Below, in pieces: positions 51,578-63,599 of a stretch of DNA of 64,000 nt (positions are counted from its first letter, which is position 1; each line of letters begins with the position of its first letter). The stretch comes from Eledone cirrhosa (lineage: Eukaryota): the NCBI GenBank assembly GCA_964016885.1, contig OZ024740.1, forward strand, positions 76,694,001-76,758,000, given 5' to 3'. The notes under the pieces are model-generated. The model made no database searches and was not told the origin of the DNA. It saw only the letters and a list, made by a program, of their open reading frames with translations. The position numbers and the translations under genes are program-made.

Positions 51578-51634
<57 letters not shown>

Positions 51635-51750
51635 TATATAATAATAATAATAGTAATAGTAATAAATTTGAAGACTAAAATCCAAAGAAGGCTCGATAAG
51701 GATAAATATATATCAAATATATAAGAACCGTAGAGCAAATATTTATAAAA

Positions 51751-52448
51751 ATAACAGATTAAAGTTTAAGCAAAGAATCGCTGCTTTCACCCTTAACGGG
51801 ATCTTTTGAAACTAACAAAGTCAATCTGTGAACGCAGAAGTGAATATTTCAAAAAACGTTGCAACCAGAGGAAGACAGGAAGACGATACTTTGGTTCGTG
51901 GAAACGTTCCCTGGCAAAGAACGGAAAAAACGAATATAATAGGTGTATGTATTTATTTAATTTCAATTACCTCTGTATTTTATTTACTTTAGTCTTAACT
52001 CTGAAGCCGAGAATCATTCGGTTTCCTAGTTAGAATTTTAGTCTACGACTTCAGTTATACCATTTACGCGGTTTTATCTTTGCGTGCAATTGTTCTCCAC
52101 GCTCCACATATGACGTATTATCTTCGTTTTTTCCGTTCATTGCCAGAGAACGTCTCTATGAACCACCTAATAGAATATTAGTCTACGACTTATTTTATAC
52201 CATAAACGTGGTTTTGTCTTAGCGTGTAATTGTTTTTCACCGCTCCAAATATTGACCTATTATATTCGTTTTTTCCCGTTCTTTGCCAGGGAACGTTTCC
52301 ACAAACCAAAGTATCGTCTTCCTGTCTTCCTCCGGTTGCAACGTTTTTTGAATATTCACTTCTGCGTTCACAGATTGACTTTGTTAGTTTCAGAAGATCC
52401 CCTTAAGGGTGAAAGCAGCGATTCTTTGCTTAAACTTTAATCTGTTAT
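51751..52448. repeat. Inverted repeat with about 195-bp arms (51751-51943, 52255-52448); family copies at 58420-58600 and 58725-58800
   Basis: ataacagattaaagtttaagcaaagaatcgc...gaatataataggt versus acctattatattcg...gcgattctttgcttaaactttaatctgttat; a partial third copy lies in the spacer. Confidence 0.9.
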
Positions 52449-52695
52449 CTTAATAAATATATATATAGTAAAAATTGAACGGGAACAAAATAGAGAGGCA
52501 GTACGAACAAAGGTTTATTAGTTTCACGCTCTTGAGAGTGGAGTGGTGGTGGATATATATATATATTTATACATATATATAAATATATACATAAATATAT
52601 ATATATAAACATACAACATATATATATATATACACATATATATATATACATACATATATATATATATAAATATATATATATATGTATATATATAT

Positions 52696-52782
<87 letters not shown>

Positions 52783-52795
52783 CATACATACATAC

Positions 52796-52860
<65 letters not shown>

Positions 52861-53407
52861 ACAAACACACGCAATCATACAAACGCAAGTATGTACACAC
52901 ACATACACGACAAAATTCATGTATGGTTAGATATCTGTACATAATACACACAAATGTTCTTTCAATAGTATGAATATGTGTTGCTCAGTGCAAGATGTAT
53001 AATAATTTGTAAAGCAAGCAATAAGTCGCATATATTACCCGATATGTCTTTTTTTTAAACAATTATAGGGTCACTAGCTCAACACAGTGGAATTATGTGA
53101 GGTAGGTACTTTGTAACATCAGGTGAGCTGACAATTAGGTGTGTTTGATTTTTACTGTGTGTTTTCTTTCTTTGGGGTGGAGTTTGTGTTTTCCTTTGTT
53201 TTATTTTTTTTAAATCGTTCTGTATCGAACAGGGATCTGATCATGGGTACAGTTCCAAGTGAAGTTTTTGTATTGTGTAGAAGCATTTCGTATGCACACA
53301 CACGCATATCCCCAACCCATATATATATATATATTTCCAGGTGGTGCTATTAAGTTAGACATAGCCTAGCCCGATCTGCTCATTAGACTTGTTAATCAAG
53401 CAAAGCC

Positions 53408-53455
<48 letters not shown>

Positions 53456-53571
53456 GGGGGGGGGGGGGGGGTATTTATATGTATATACATGGGTGGTGGT
53501 GGTGTTGTGGGTGGTGGTGGTGGTGATTTAGTAGGGGTTACATGAAGAGTTGGCATTCTCGGTGTTTCTAA

Positions 53572-54613
53572 CAAATAATTGTTTCTACGTTTGGCACAAG
53601 GCCAGCAAAAATCCAGTGCATTACTGGTACTTTATTTTATCGACCCCGTAAGGATGAAAGGCAAAGTTAACCTCGTTTCTAACAAATAATTGTTTCTACT
53701 TTAGGCACAAGGCCAGTAATTACCCAGTGCATTACTGGTACTTTATTTTATCGACCCCGTAAGGATGAAAGGCAAAGTTAACCTCGGCGGGATTTGAACT
53801 CAGATCGTAAAGGGACTTAACTATGCTGGAAAGCATGGCGTCCGACCCTCTACCGATACTGCCAATCAAATAATTGTTTCTACTTTAGGCAGAAGGCCAG
53901 CAATTACCCAGTGCATTACTGGTACTTTATTTTATCGACCCCGCAAGGATGAAAGGCAAAGTCAACCTCGGCGGGATTTGAACTCAGATCGTAAAGGGAC
54001 TTAACTATGCTGGAAAGCATGGCGTCCGACCCTCTACCGATACTGCCAATCAAATAATTGTTTCTACTTTAGGCACAAGGCCAGCAATTATCCAGTGCAT
54101 TACTGGTACTTTATTTTATCGACCCCGTAAGGATGAAAGGCAAAGTCAACCTCGGCGGGATTTGAACTCAGATCGTAAATGGACGTAACTATGCTGGAAA
54201 GCATGGCGTCCGACCCTCTACCGATACTGCCAATCAAATAATTGTTTCTACTTTAGGCACAAGGCCAGCAATTATCCAGTGCATTACTGGTACTTTATTT
54301 TATCGACCCCGTAAGGATGAAAGGCAAAGTCAACCTCGGCGGGATTTGAACTCAGATCGTAAAGGGACTTAACTATGCTGGAAAGCATGGCGTCCGACCC
54401 TCTACCGATACTGCCAATCAAATAATTGTTTCTACTTTAGGCACAAGGCCAGCAATTATCCAGTGCATTACTGGTACTTTATTTTATCGACCCCGTAAGG
54501 ATGAAAGGCAAAGTCAACCTCGGCGGGATTTGAACTCAGATCGTAAATGGACGTAACTATGCTGGAAAGCATGGCGTCCGACCCTCTACCGATACTGCCA
54601 ATCCACCGCGCCA
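53572..54613 (-). mobile_element. Head-to-tail tandem array of the tRNA-derived SINE (5 x 184 bp plus one truncated copy)
   Basis: caaataattgtttctac at 53572, 53683, 53867, 54051, 54235, 54419; only the last copy has the full 5' end (ccaccgcgcc on +). Confidence 0.95.
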
Positions 54614-55228
54614 TTTCAAATAATGGTTTCATGCATGATACGTCGTGCTTGGTTTCATGGTTCGGGATTTAAGTTGCGTGGGAGAAAAAAATCAAATGAC
54701 ATAAGGTGTGTGAACGTGGCAGGGGTTTGAAAACAGGACCAACAACTTTAGCAATGAGGAGGGACATGTTGGTAAAGAGAAATGGATGCCCTCGGCGTGA
54801 GCGGAGGTGAAGGGTAATTAGATGGTTGTGGTGGTAGTAGTGAGCCGCTGGCAATGAGGGGGTGGATACGGAACTGAGACGGAGCGAGTGTTGTTTGTTA
54901 AAATGTCAGGAGTGTAGTTGTGTATGTGTGAGTGCGTGAGTGTATGTTTGCGTGTGTGTGTGTACGTGAGTGTGTGTTTGTGTGTGAATATGTGTTTGTG
55001 TGTGAGTGTGTTTGTGTGTGAATGTGTGTTTGTGTGAGTGTGTGTTTGTGCGTGAGTGTGTTTGTGTGTGAATGTGTGTCTGTGAGTGAATGTGTGTTTG
55101 TGCGTGAGTGTGTGTTTGTGCGTGAGTGTATGTTTGTGCGTGAGTGTGTGATTTGACGATAGACAAACCTGTGCTCCACAGTGTAAATCTCAATTTGTTT
55201 AAAAACGAATTATTTCTTAATACGAAAA

Positions 55229-55425
55229 AATGATTTCACAAGGCCAACAATTTTGGGATAGGGGAAAGTCGATTAAATCGACCCTAGTACGTTACTGGTA
55301 TTTTATTTTATCGACCCCGTAAGGATGAAAGGCAAAGCTAACCTCGGCTAAATTCAGTACGTAAAGGGCCGTAACTATATGCCGCAAAGCATGTCCAACG
55401 CTCTACGCTCTGCCATCCACCGCCC
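55229..55425 (-). mobile_element. SINE, longer subfamily with extra GTCGATTAAATCGAC hairpin
   Basis: Same body as the main SINE plus ggggaaagtcgattaaatcgacc; a similar copy lies at 57396-57615. Confidence 0.8.
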
Positions 55426-55647
55426 TTCAATACAAAATAATGAAATAAACAAATAATAGATCTAGGAAAATAATGTTTATGTATTTACAAACAATTTCAT
55501 TTGCTTCTATTTTCGGTTATGAACAGCCACCACATATATCCTGTTCAAATTATCTTTTCTTTAAAATCTTCTATAATACCTGTTGCGTGATGAGCATTAA
55601 CATATAAGGAATATAAGGTATTTTTAACAATTGATCTGTATATATGC

Positions 55648-55805
55648 AGGCAGGGATGAATGGTTACGAAGTTCGCTTCGCAGTAATGCGGTTCCCTGTA
55701 CGATCTCACTACATAGCAACTTAGGAAAGTATCTTTACAATAGGCTCTTTTCCATGGAAGCCTTGTGAGTGAAATTGTGTAAACGGAAACTATGTAAAAG
55801 CCCGC
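55648..55805 (+). mobile_element. Degenerate SINE of another family
   Basis: tRNA-like head (tggttacgaagttcgcttc...ggttc) and 3' agccttgtgagtg...gaaactatgtaaaagcccg. Confidence 0.4.
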
Positions 55806-56238
55806 TCGAGAGATTTCACTTGTGATTCAAATGTCCAGCTTTGTCAAACATTGTGTCATGCTTATTTGGCCTTAGGAATTACACATTGGTGCAGTCTTGG
55901 CAACTCATTCTGTATATACACAGATGTAATTGTATTGTACACGGCGGCTGCTTAGCGCACTTCTTAATATATATCATAATACATATCTTAGTTAATTGAA
56001 TGCAAATTAGTATGTCCATTTCAGAATACTACTAAGAGCGAATGTATGTTTCCTTGTAGTTGTTTAGATGATATATACGCATTCTAATGAGGACCCGACT
56101 TGATCCGAATATCTATTGAAGGTGTTTATCATTTTCTCAAATCACATGGCAAGTTAACATGTCTACATAATAGATATGTGTATGTTTATATACAGTCTGT
56201 ATATATACAGATATAATTTTATCACATATATATTTATA

Positions 56239-56272
<34 letters not shown>

Positions 56273-56749
56273 TATAAGCACTTACTTCTGTTCACGTTTT
56301 GAGTTCAAATTTCGAGAGGGCTGTTTAATACACTCCTGGATAAAATCTAAACTCAGAACATATTAGAATGAGGTACCTTTCCTAACGCGCTGATGCTGCT
56401 ACCCACCATCCAATGTCGAACCTGTTAAATTTTATTTACTTTTTATGTAGTTGACCCATTTTAACACTCTGGTATTTTTAGTGCATTGTAAAAGTTCAAT
56501 GAGATTTTTTCTGGTGCCGAGTTTGTGCTAACTTACTATACCCAGTTCACTCGTTGCAGTGTTTATTGATCTACATTTAGGGCCAAGAAGGAAACCTTAT
56601 ATGCATGACTAAATATCCTCCTTCATCAACTATCTGTGAACAAGGCGCTTATGTTTGTGCTTCTTTGTTCGTTGTTTTTACACCTTTCGAAGGTGTTTAA
56701 AATACAAATTTCCCACTTTTATGCGTCAATCGTTACAAATGAAAAGGAA

Positions 56750-57050
56750 ATAATAGTGATGATAATAACCCTTTCTTTATAAAACACAAGGGTTTACAAA
56801 AGCTAGAAGACGATACAAGATGGTACAGTGTGGGTTGAATGAAAGTGTGAAAAAAGGAGAAATAAGAAAAACAAAAACAAAATGGGTAACAAGATAATTC
56901 AAACAAAAATGTTCGCCAAATCAGAAAGGAAACCTCGACGGCTACACGTGGTATTCACCCTCCTTACATACACAAAATTATGTGGTCAGTCCACTAAAGC
57001 AAGCGCTCTCTCTCAGCTGTTTTCTTTCAATGTACAGGTACATGTTCAGC
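56750..57050 (-). mobile_element. Old 3' fragment of the family-A Tx1-type LINE
   Basis: tttctttataaaacacaagggtttaca and ccactaaagcaagcgctctctctcag align with 9134-9159 and 9356-9380; preceded by decayed AAT/GAT repeats. Confidence 0.65.
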
Positions 57051-57395
57051 TGCTGCAGTTAGTAATATTGTTTGCCTTGGTGCTATCGTAGCTGTTACTG
57101 ATGGTGTTGTTGATCGTTGTTACTGTTGCTGTTGTTGTTCGCTGTTGCTGTTCTTGTTGTTGTTGTAGCCGTTGAGGCCCTGATGTTGACAGCCAGGGGA
57201 CCCTATGGTTATCCGTCTTCTGTTGAGTACAAAAAGCTCTTAAGTGTCCTGTTTTTCCACAGAAATGACAGCGGCGCTTTTACCCTAAAATATGAGCTAT
57301 AGCTCCATGCCACTCGCAAGGCAAATTAGGCCTGGGATAATTTCAGTCTTCACTGGTTTGATCTGAATAGATACTCCAGACTGATCCCGGATATA

Positions 57396-57615
57396 AAATA
57401 ATGGTTTCTGATTTAGGCACAAAGTCAACAATTTTTGGGGAGGGGAAAATCGATTAAATCAATCCCAGTGCGTTACTAGTACTTTATTTTATCGACATCA
57501 TAAGGATGAAAAGCAGAGCTAACCTCGGTTGGTTTGAACTCAAAATGTCAAGGAACGTAACTCTATCCCATAAAGCATGTTGTCTGACGCTCTACCAGTA
57601 CGGCCAATCCATCGC
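57396..57615 (-). mobile_element. Degenerate tRNA-derived SINE
   Basis: aataatggtttctgatttaggcacaa...ttttatcgac...aaggatgaaa...tttgaactca. Confidence 0.8.
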
Positions 57616-57899
57616 ACTTCAAGCGGTTATAAATAATACTAACGCTATATCCATGGACGAATCAATCAGTACCATAAACACCCATTTGAATTAGGATGTA
57701 CAGTAAATTTCGTAAGATTAGTCTATTGCGCTCTCTATGAAAATAATGTAATACCTAATTCAGAAGGGATTTTCACTGAAAAAAAGTTAGTTCCGAGGAT
57801 GCAATCTTTTACTGATAGTGTCCAAAATAAAAGCAAAATTACTAAAAAACCGTTGAACCATTTATCTAATGGACATAAATTAAGTACAGCAGTCAATGC

Positions 57900-58295
57900 T
57901 GGGCAAAAAGGTATCTTTTTTGCCTCTCATCCTGACCACATGTCCATAGTATCGGAGCTATGATTTTTCAATTCGGAGATGTAGCAGCTCTACTTGGAGC
58001 GACTCCCTGGTCTATCGAGTACGTTACTCCAAAGACCCTTCGGAGGAACCCCATTTCAGTATCTTGTGTTCGCGATCGTGTTCTTTCGGTCACTACTCAA
58101 GATTCATGACCATAGGTTGGTACGAATACCTAATGGTAAATAAGGAGGTTGGCCTTTACCCCTACATCTCGTCTTACCGAATGCTGAAGTTGGTGCATTA
58201 TTCACCATCTTCTACAATTCTTGCACATCATTCAGCTTCCTCCTTTCCATCATTCGTGAACACGGCCTCAACATACTTGAACTTCTCTAACTGCT
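57900..58295 (-). pseudogene. Decayed RTE-clade RT fragment
   Basis: ccatcattcgtgaacacgg...atacttgaacttctcta is the reverse complement of the VEKFKY...VFTSDG region at about 29195-29240. Confidence 0.55.
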
Positions 58296-58940
58296 TGTAT
58301 TTATGTACATATATGTGTGTATTTGGTGTGTATTTGGTATATACGTCCGTATGTGTCACGCGGGTTTATGTATGTGTGCGCGTGTTTAGGTGTACGTGCA
58401 TGTCCGCCGGGGCTGTGGGTGGCCGTTCATTGCCATGGAGCGTCTTCACGAACCAAAGTATCGTCTTCTGCTTTCCTTCGGTTGCAACATTTTTCCAAAA
58501 TATTTACTTCTGCGTTCACAGATTGATTTTTTTAGTTTCAGAAGATCCCGTTAAGGGTGAAAGCAGCGATTCTTTGCTTAAACTTTAATATGTTATTTTA
58601 ATATAGATATTCGTGTACTGATATTTTTGCATACACAAACATAAAATATAAACAAAAAAGGCCGGCGATTACATAATCACATGCATCACTGACAGATATT
58701 TTTGCATACACAAAAACATTACGAAATATTTACTTCTGCGTTCACAGATTGATCTTTTTTAGTTTCAGAAGATCCTTTGCTTGAACTTTAATCTGTTATT
58801 TTAATATATATATATATAATTATATATTCGTGTACAGATATTTTTGCATACACAATAACAAAATATAAACAAACGTATTTATTTCACGAGGCTCGATAAG
58901 GATAAATATATATCAAATATATAAGAACCCTAGAGCAAAT

Positions 58941-58968
58941 CCCGAGCAACGCCGGGCCATTCTGCTAG
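58941..58968 (+). mobile_element. Isolated Helitron 3' terminus
   Basis: CCCGAGCAACGCCGGG hairpin plus CTAG|T; same hairpin as at 32555-32570 on -. Confidence 0.75.
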
Positions 58969-58983
58969 TATATATATATAATT

Positions 58984-59255
58984 TTATCCCGGGTTCAATC
59001 GGGGGTAACCACAGTAAGTAAGGTACTCAATACATAGCAGAGTATACACATTTAATATAGAAATGGTTTCTACAGGACTAGAACTGTTTCATTCGGAATA
59101 AATCACCATTATACTCTGCTAGGTATTGAGTACCTTACTTACTGGGGTTGCCTTCGATTGAACCCGGGATAAACTTATCTTTTACCACTTTACTGTGCCC
59201 CTCTTAACCATCGGCTTCCTGATGGGTTCTCCCGAATGAAACAGTTCTAGGCCTG
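58984..59255. repeat. Fold-back element with decayed hammerhead-like core; family copy at 37783-37910
   Basis: Arms 58984-59046 and 59110-59172; CTGATGG-gttc tccc gaat-GAAACAGTT at 59219-59246. Confidence 0.7.
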
Positions 59256-59267
59256 CTATATTAAACG

Positions 59268-59367
<100 letters not shown>

Positions 59368-59884
59368 TACATATATATATATATATACATATAATTTTCA
59401 ACAGGCAAAGGCGAGTGCTAAGCTCTGATGATTACCAACAGTATGAAACAGATCTGTCAGCTTATCTCCCTTTGTTTGTTGAAAAAAGAAGTAAGAGGCA
59501 TGGGTAGTCACTACTTTAAAATAATAGCGCAAGGTCTTCAAAATGTTTTTAATTAAGCATACAGTATATTTCCAAATATAGTATATATACATTCATATAT
59601 ATATATATACATATATATTGTATATATATATATATATATATGAGAGGGGGGGGGAGTATGTGTGGGAGTGTGTGAGTGTGTGTGTGTGAGTGCATGTGTG
59701 TGTGTGTTTATGTCGGATATCAAAGAAAGCAATAGTCAATCTATTGCAAGCGACCTTGTTTGAACGCCCAATGAGTGGCCAGTTTGGAAGAAGCTCCTTC
59801 GCTATACTGTGGTGCCCATAATTAGACCTCGAAATCTAAGATCGTGCATATATGTTAAGTATATGAAACTGTATTTATGCTAAG

Positions 59885-60186
<302 letters not shown>

Positions 60187-60234
60187 CTCTCTCTCTAAAA
60201 ACATTTTTTTCCAATTCCATTCTTTCTCATTTTT

Positions 60235-60270
60235 TCTTCTGATGAAGGACTAGCGTCCGAAACGTTAAGA
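60235..60270 (+). ncRNA. Minimal type I hammerhead ribozyme motif
   Basis: TCTT-CTGATGA-a-GGAC tagc GTCC-GAAACGTT-AAGA: intact core, palindromic helix III AACGTT with no loop (dimer-type). Confidence 0.72.
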
Positions 60271-60355
60271 CTCTCTTCCTGCTATATCAAGTGTTAACCT
60301 AATATACACCTTCCATATACTGTACCAATTGTGTTGTTATTTCTGTTTAACTTTT

Positions 60356-60424
<69 letters not shown>

Positions 60425-60610
60425 AAAGGTAAACAGAAATAACAACACAATCGGTACAGTATATTGAAGGAATATATTAGGTTAACACTTGATATAGCAG
60501 GAAGAGGGTCTTATCAGAAGAAAGAATGAGAAATAAAATAAATTGAGGGGACGGGAGGGATGGAATTGGAAAAAATGTCTTCAGATAAAAAATAACAGGT
60601 CCATCCATGT

Positions 60611-60661
<51 letters not shown>

Positions 60662-62216
60662 TTTATATGCATTCATATACCTCTATATATGCACATATAC
60701 TTGTAGCGTGTCTCAGGAACTCAGGAATCTGACTGCCATTTTTTTTTCTTTTAACATTATTCTTTCATATACATATACATATGTACCCATCCACACCCAC
60801 ATACACACACTGGAGTTTACAAACTTACATACCAAACACACGCTCAGAAATATATTAACAGGCGTTTGTCTGTTGAGAATATTCCGGCAAGCAATATGGT
60901 GGACGACATACTGTGTTGTTTAGAATTGGTTAAGTGAAGGTTAAATGGACCTCAATTAATGAGACAGTAAAAACAATAACAGCTACTGGTTGGGTTTTAC
61001 TGACTTGACTACTGCTGCTTGATATTTACGATATCTCTCCTGCTAGAATCATCTCAGTCGGATGCCACCCTGCACTGGTGCCATTCTCGGAAGGTGTGCA
61101 TCGCTTCCCTCCACTTGATTCACTGTATACACGTGGCGGCCACCCAGTTTGAACGTCTGTGGGTGTCGTCTGCTGCGAACAGACCACACAACATGATGAC
61201 AAGAAGATTTTAACAGACGCAGTACGTCCCAGTCAAATAGGAAGATAATGTATCAAAGCACATCGGCCGAATTCTAGGAAAGAAAGAGAGAGTGAGGGTG
61301 CAGAAATCGGGAGAGACATAATCACTGAGTGAGTGAGGGGTGAAGAGAGTGAGAGAAAGAGAGAGGGGGGGGGGTGAGAGAGAGAGAGAGAGTGAGAGAG
61401 AGTGAGTGAGAGAACAAGAGAAAGGGGGCGGGCAATGGAAACATTAAAGAAACGTTTGTTGGTGATTGTAGATGGTGGGTACAAGAGAAATTTATTTGCG
61501 TAAGAGGGTATGTGAATGTACATATAAATTGACTTCTCATTTTCGTTTCCGCAATAAATAAAATGTTAATGTTGCTAAGAGAAAAAAAAACCGCGCATGT
61601 TAAAGCTTCGTCATTGAAATTCAAACTAAAACATGTATGACGTCACATACTGAACTGGTTAAATATCTTGCGTAATTTACTTGAATTCTGCTTACAGAAT
61701 AATTTAGACAATTTTGAGTATTGGTTTATTCATATTTTCAAATCTTAAACGGGATAGTCGTAAATTTTTTCAGAATTACTTCTTATACACTTAGTAATCT
61801 AACGAACTATTATTAGCACACCATATTCACTGAAAACTCCATCATTGAATTACCTAGCACCATATAACATCTTGTAACTACCTATCCAGGTGGCCATCTG
61901 CAATAGCCATCCATTTTGACTAATCACTAAGGCTATGCCACACTTTGTATATATATATATTGGTAATGTTTATCTATATTTTATTCTTCAAACTTACATT
62001 TTAGACTTAGCTCCGTTTAATTGATTATTTGTCTAGTTAATTGCTACGGACTAAGAGGAAAGACTAGGTAAATTTTGTCTGACTGTTCCTCACAGAGGAA
62101 AGTCTGTAACATTTATCTGTTATTTCTTCAAAGTTACATTTTAAACTTAGCTCCGTTTAAATGATTATTTATCTAGTTGATTTCTACGGACTAAGGAGGA
62201 AAAGAATTGGATAAAT

Positions 62217-62251
<35 letters not shown>

Positions 62252-62258
62252 ATATTCC

Positions 62259-62417
62259 AATAATTGTTTCTACTTTTGGCACAAGGCCATCAAATTACCT
62301 AGTACATTGCTAGTATTTTATTTTATCGACCCCGTAAGGGTGAAAGGCAAAGTTAACCTCGGCGGGATTTGAACTCAGACCGTAAAGGGACGTAACTATG
62401 CTGGAAAGCATGGCGTC
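62259..62417 (-). mobile_element. 5'-truncated tRNA-derived SINE with 12-bp TSD
   Basis: tattccaataat duplicated at 62253-62264 and 62418-62429. Confidence 0.9.
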
Positions 62418-62668
62418 TATTCCAATAATGAGCCCATAAAACTTCTCGTAAAAATAGTCTTATATTTATGTCAATCCATGTGAGTGATACATGAAGCATG
62501 AGCCGTCAGCTGTCTCATCGAACGTATTTAAAGAGCGGGTCAAATGAGTGCAATCTTATTTGCAATTGAGCTATATATGCAATAAGTTCCTTCTGAAATG
62601 AAATGTTGTTTACATTTAACGGACATGAATGTTTCGTGTGCGTATGCACATGGCCACCTGTGCGTGTA

Positions 62669-62754
<86 letters not shown>

Positions 62755-62902
62755 GTGTGCGTGTGAGTGTATGTGGGGTGTACGTGCATGTGTCCATAAT
62801 CTTTCACTATAGATTTAATGTCATAGCTCGAAACTATTCAACAATTTTGGTGAAAAATACCTCGCTGAGACTAATTATGACTTGCACACACACACACACA
62901 CT

Positions 62903-62958
<56 letters not shown>

Positions 62959-63599
62959 AAAAAGTATTACAATTCATCTATACAAAAGAGTTCATTTTAC
63001 AGTCTCCTTCTCAATACTCAATATTTAATAAGATGAATTTTAATAATACATCGAAACCGGTAATACTTTACATACATTATAAAACTCTTTTTTAAAAGAA
63101 TTGTCCCTCTCATTTTTTCAATAATGTCACTTTGACGAAAGGAAAAATAAAGAAAAACAGACCCTAAAAAATATTTCCGTGCTATTTCCAACATCCCATT
63201 TTCTCTATAACCATTGTTTTGGATAGAACCTTACTTCCCTTTTCTAATATATATATATACATATATATATATAAATAAAAATTAGAAAACGTCGGGGCCC
63301 GACATCTTACCGTTTCAAAAGCTAGTTCCAGCAGCTAGACCTCAGCCGTCGGGCCCCGGCGTTTTCTAATATAGTCATACTCAAATATCCCAAGTATCAA
63401 GTACTCTGTTGAATAATTAGTCTAACTAGTTTAATACTGTTTAATCCTGGAATATATGTTTTGCCAACACTCCAATAGACAAATATAAGCTCTTTATAAA
63501 CAATAATTTTGTGTATAAAAAAGAGGTTGTAAATCGGAAAACAAAAAGCCCTGTTAGCGGACAGATGTCCGAGGCGGTGGCGGACGATATACAACAACT

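Larger units (their letters stand above)
47957..51583. mobile_element. Hammerhead-bearing 310-bp tandem array with central inversion (retrozyme-like)
   Basis: Unit starts (gtatagacat) at 47961, 48271, 48581, 48891, 49201, 49511, 49821. Forward arm ends at 49950; inverted arm runs about 49958-51583; flanked by (TA)n. Confidence 0.9.

Noticed and set aside
47957-51583. CRISPR array or plain satellite interpretation
   Set aside because: No unique spacers, eukaryotic context; the ribozyme core and cleavage-site-linked breakpoint are not explained by a plain satellite.
52388-52425. CAGAAGA-tccc..ggg-t-GAAAGC as a hammerhead (also near 58540)
   Set aside because: Both + copies have CAG rather than CUG, and I see no UH cleavage site or stem I.
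53572-54613. tRNA gene cluster
   Set aside because: A/B boxes are present but followed by a SINE body and tail with dispersed, truncated, TSD-flanked copies.
63281-63371. Hammerhead within this hairpin
   Set aside because: Minus strand has CTGAGG and GAAACGGTA but no CUGANGA or proper stem II; kept only as a fold-back repeat.
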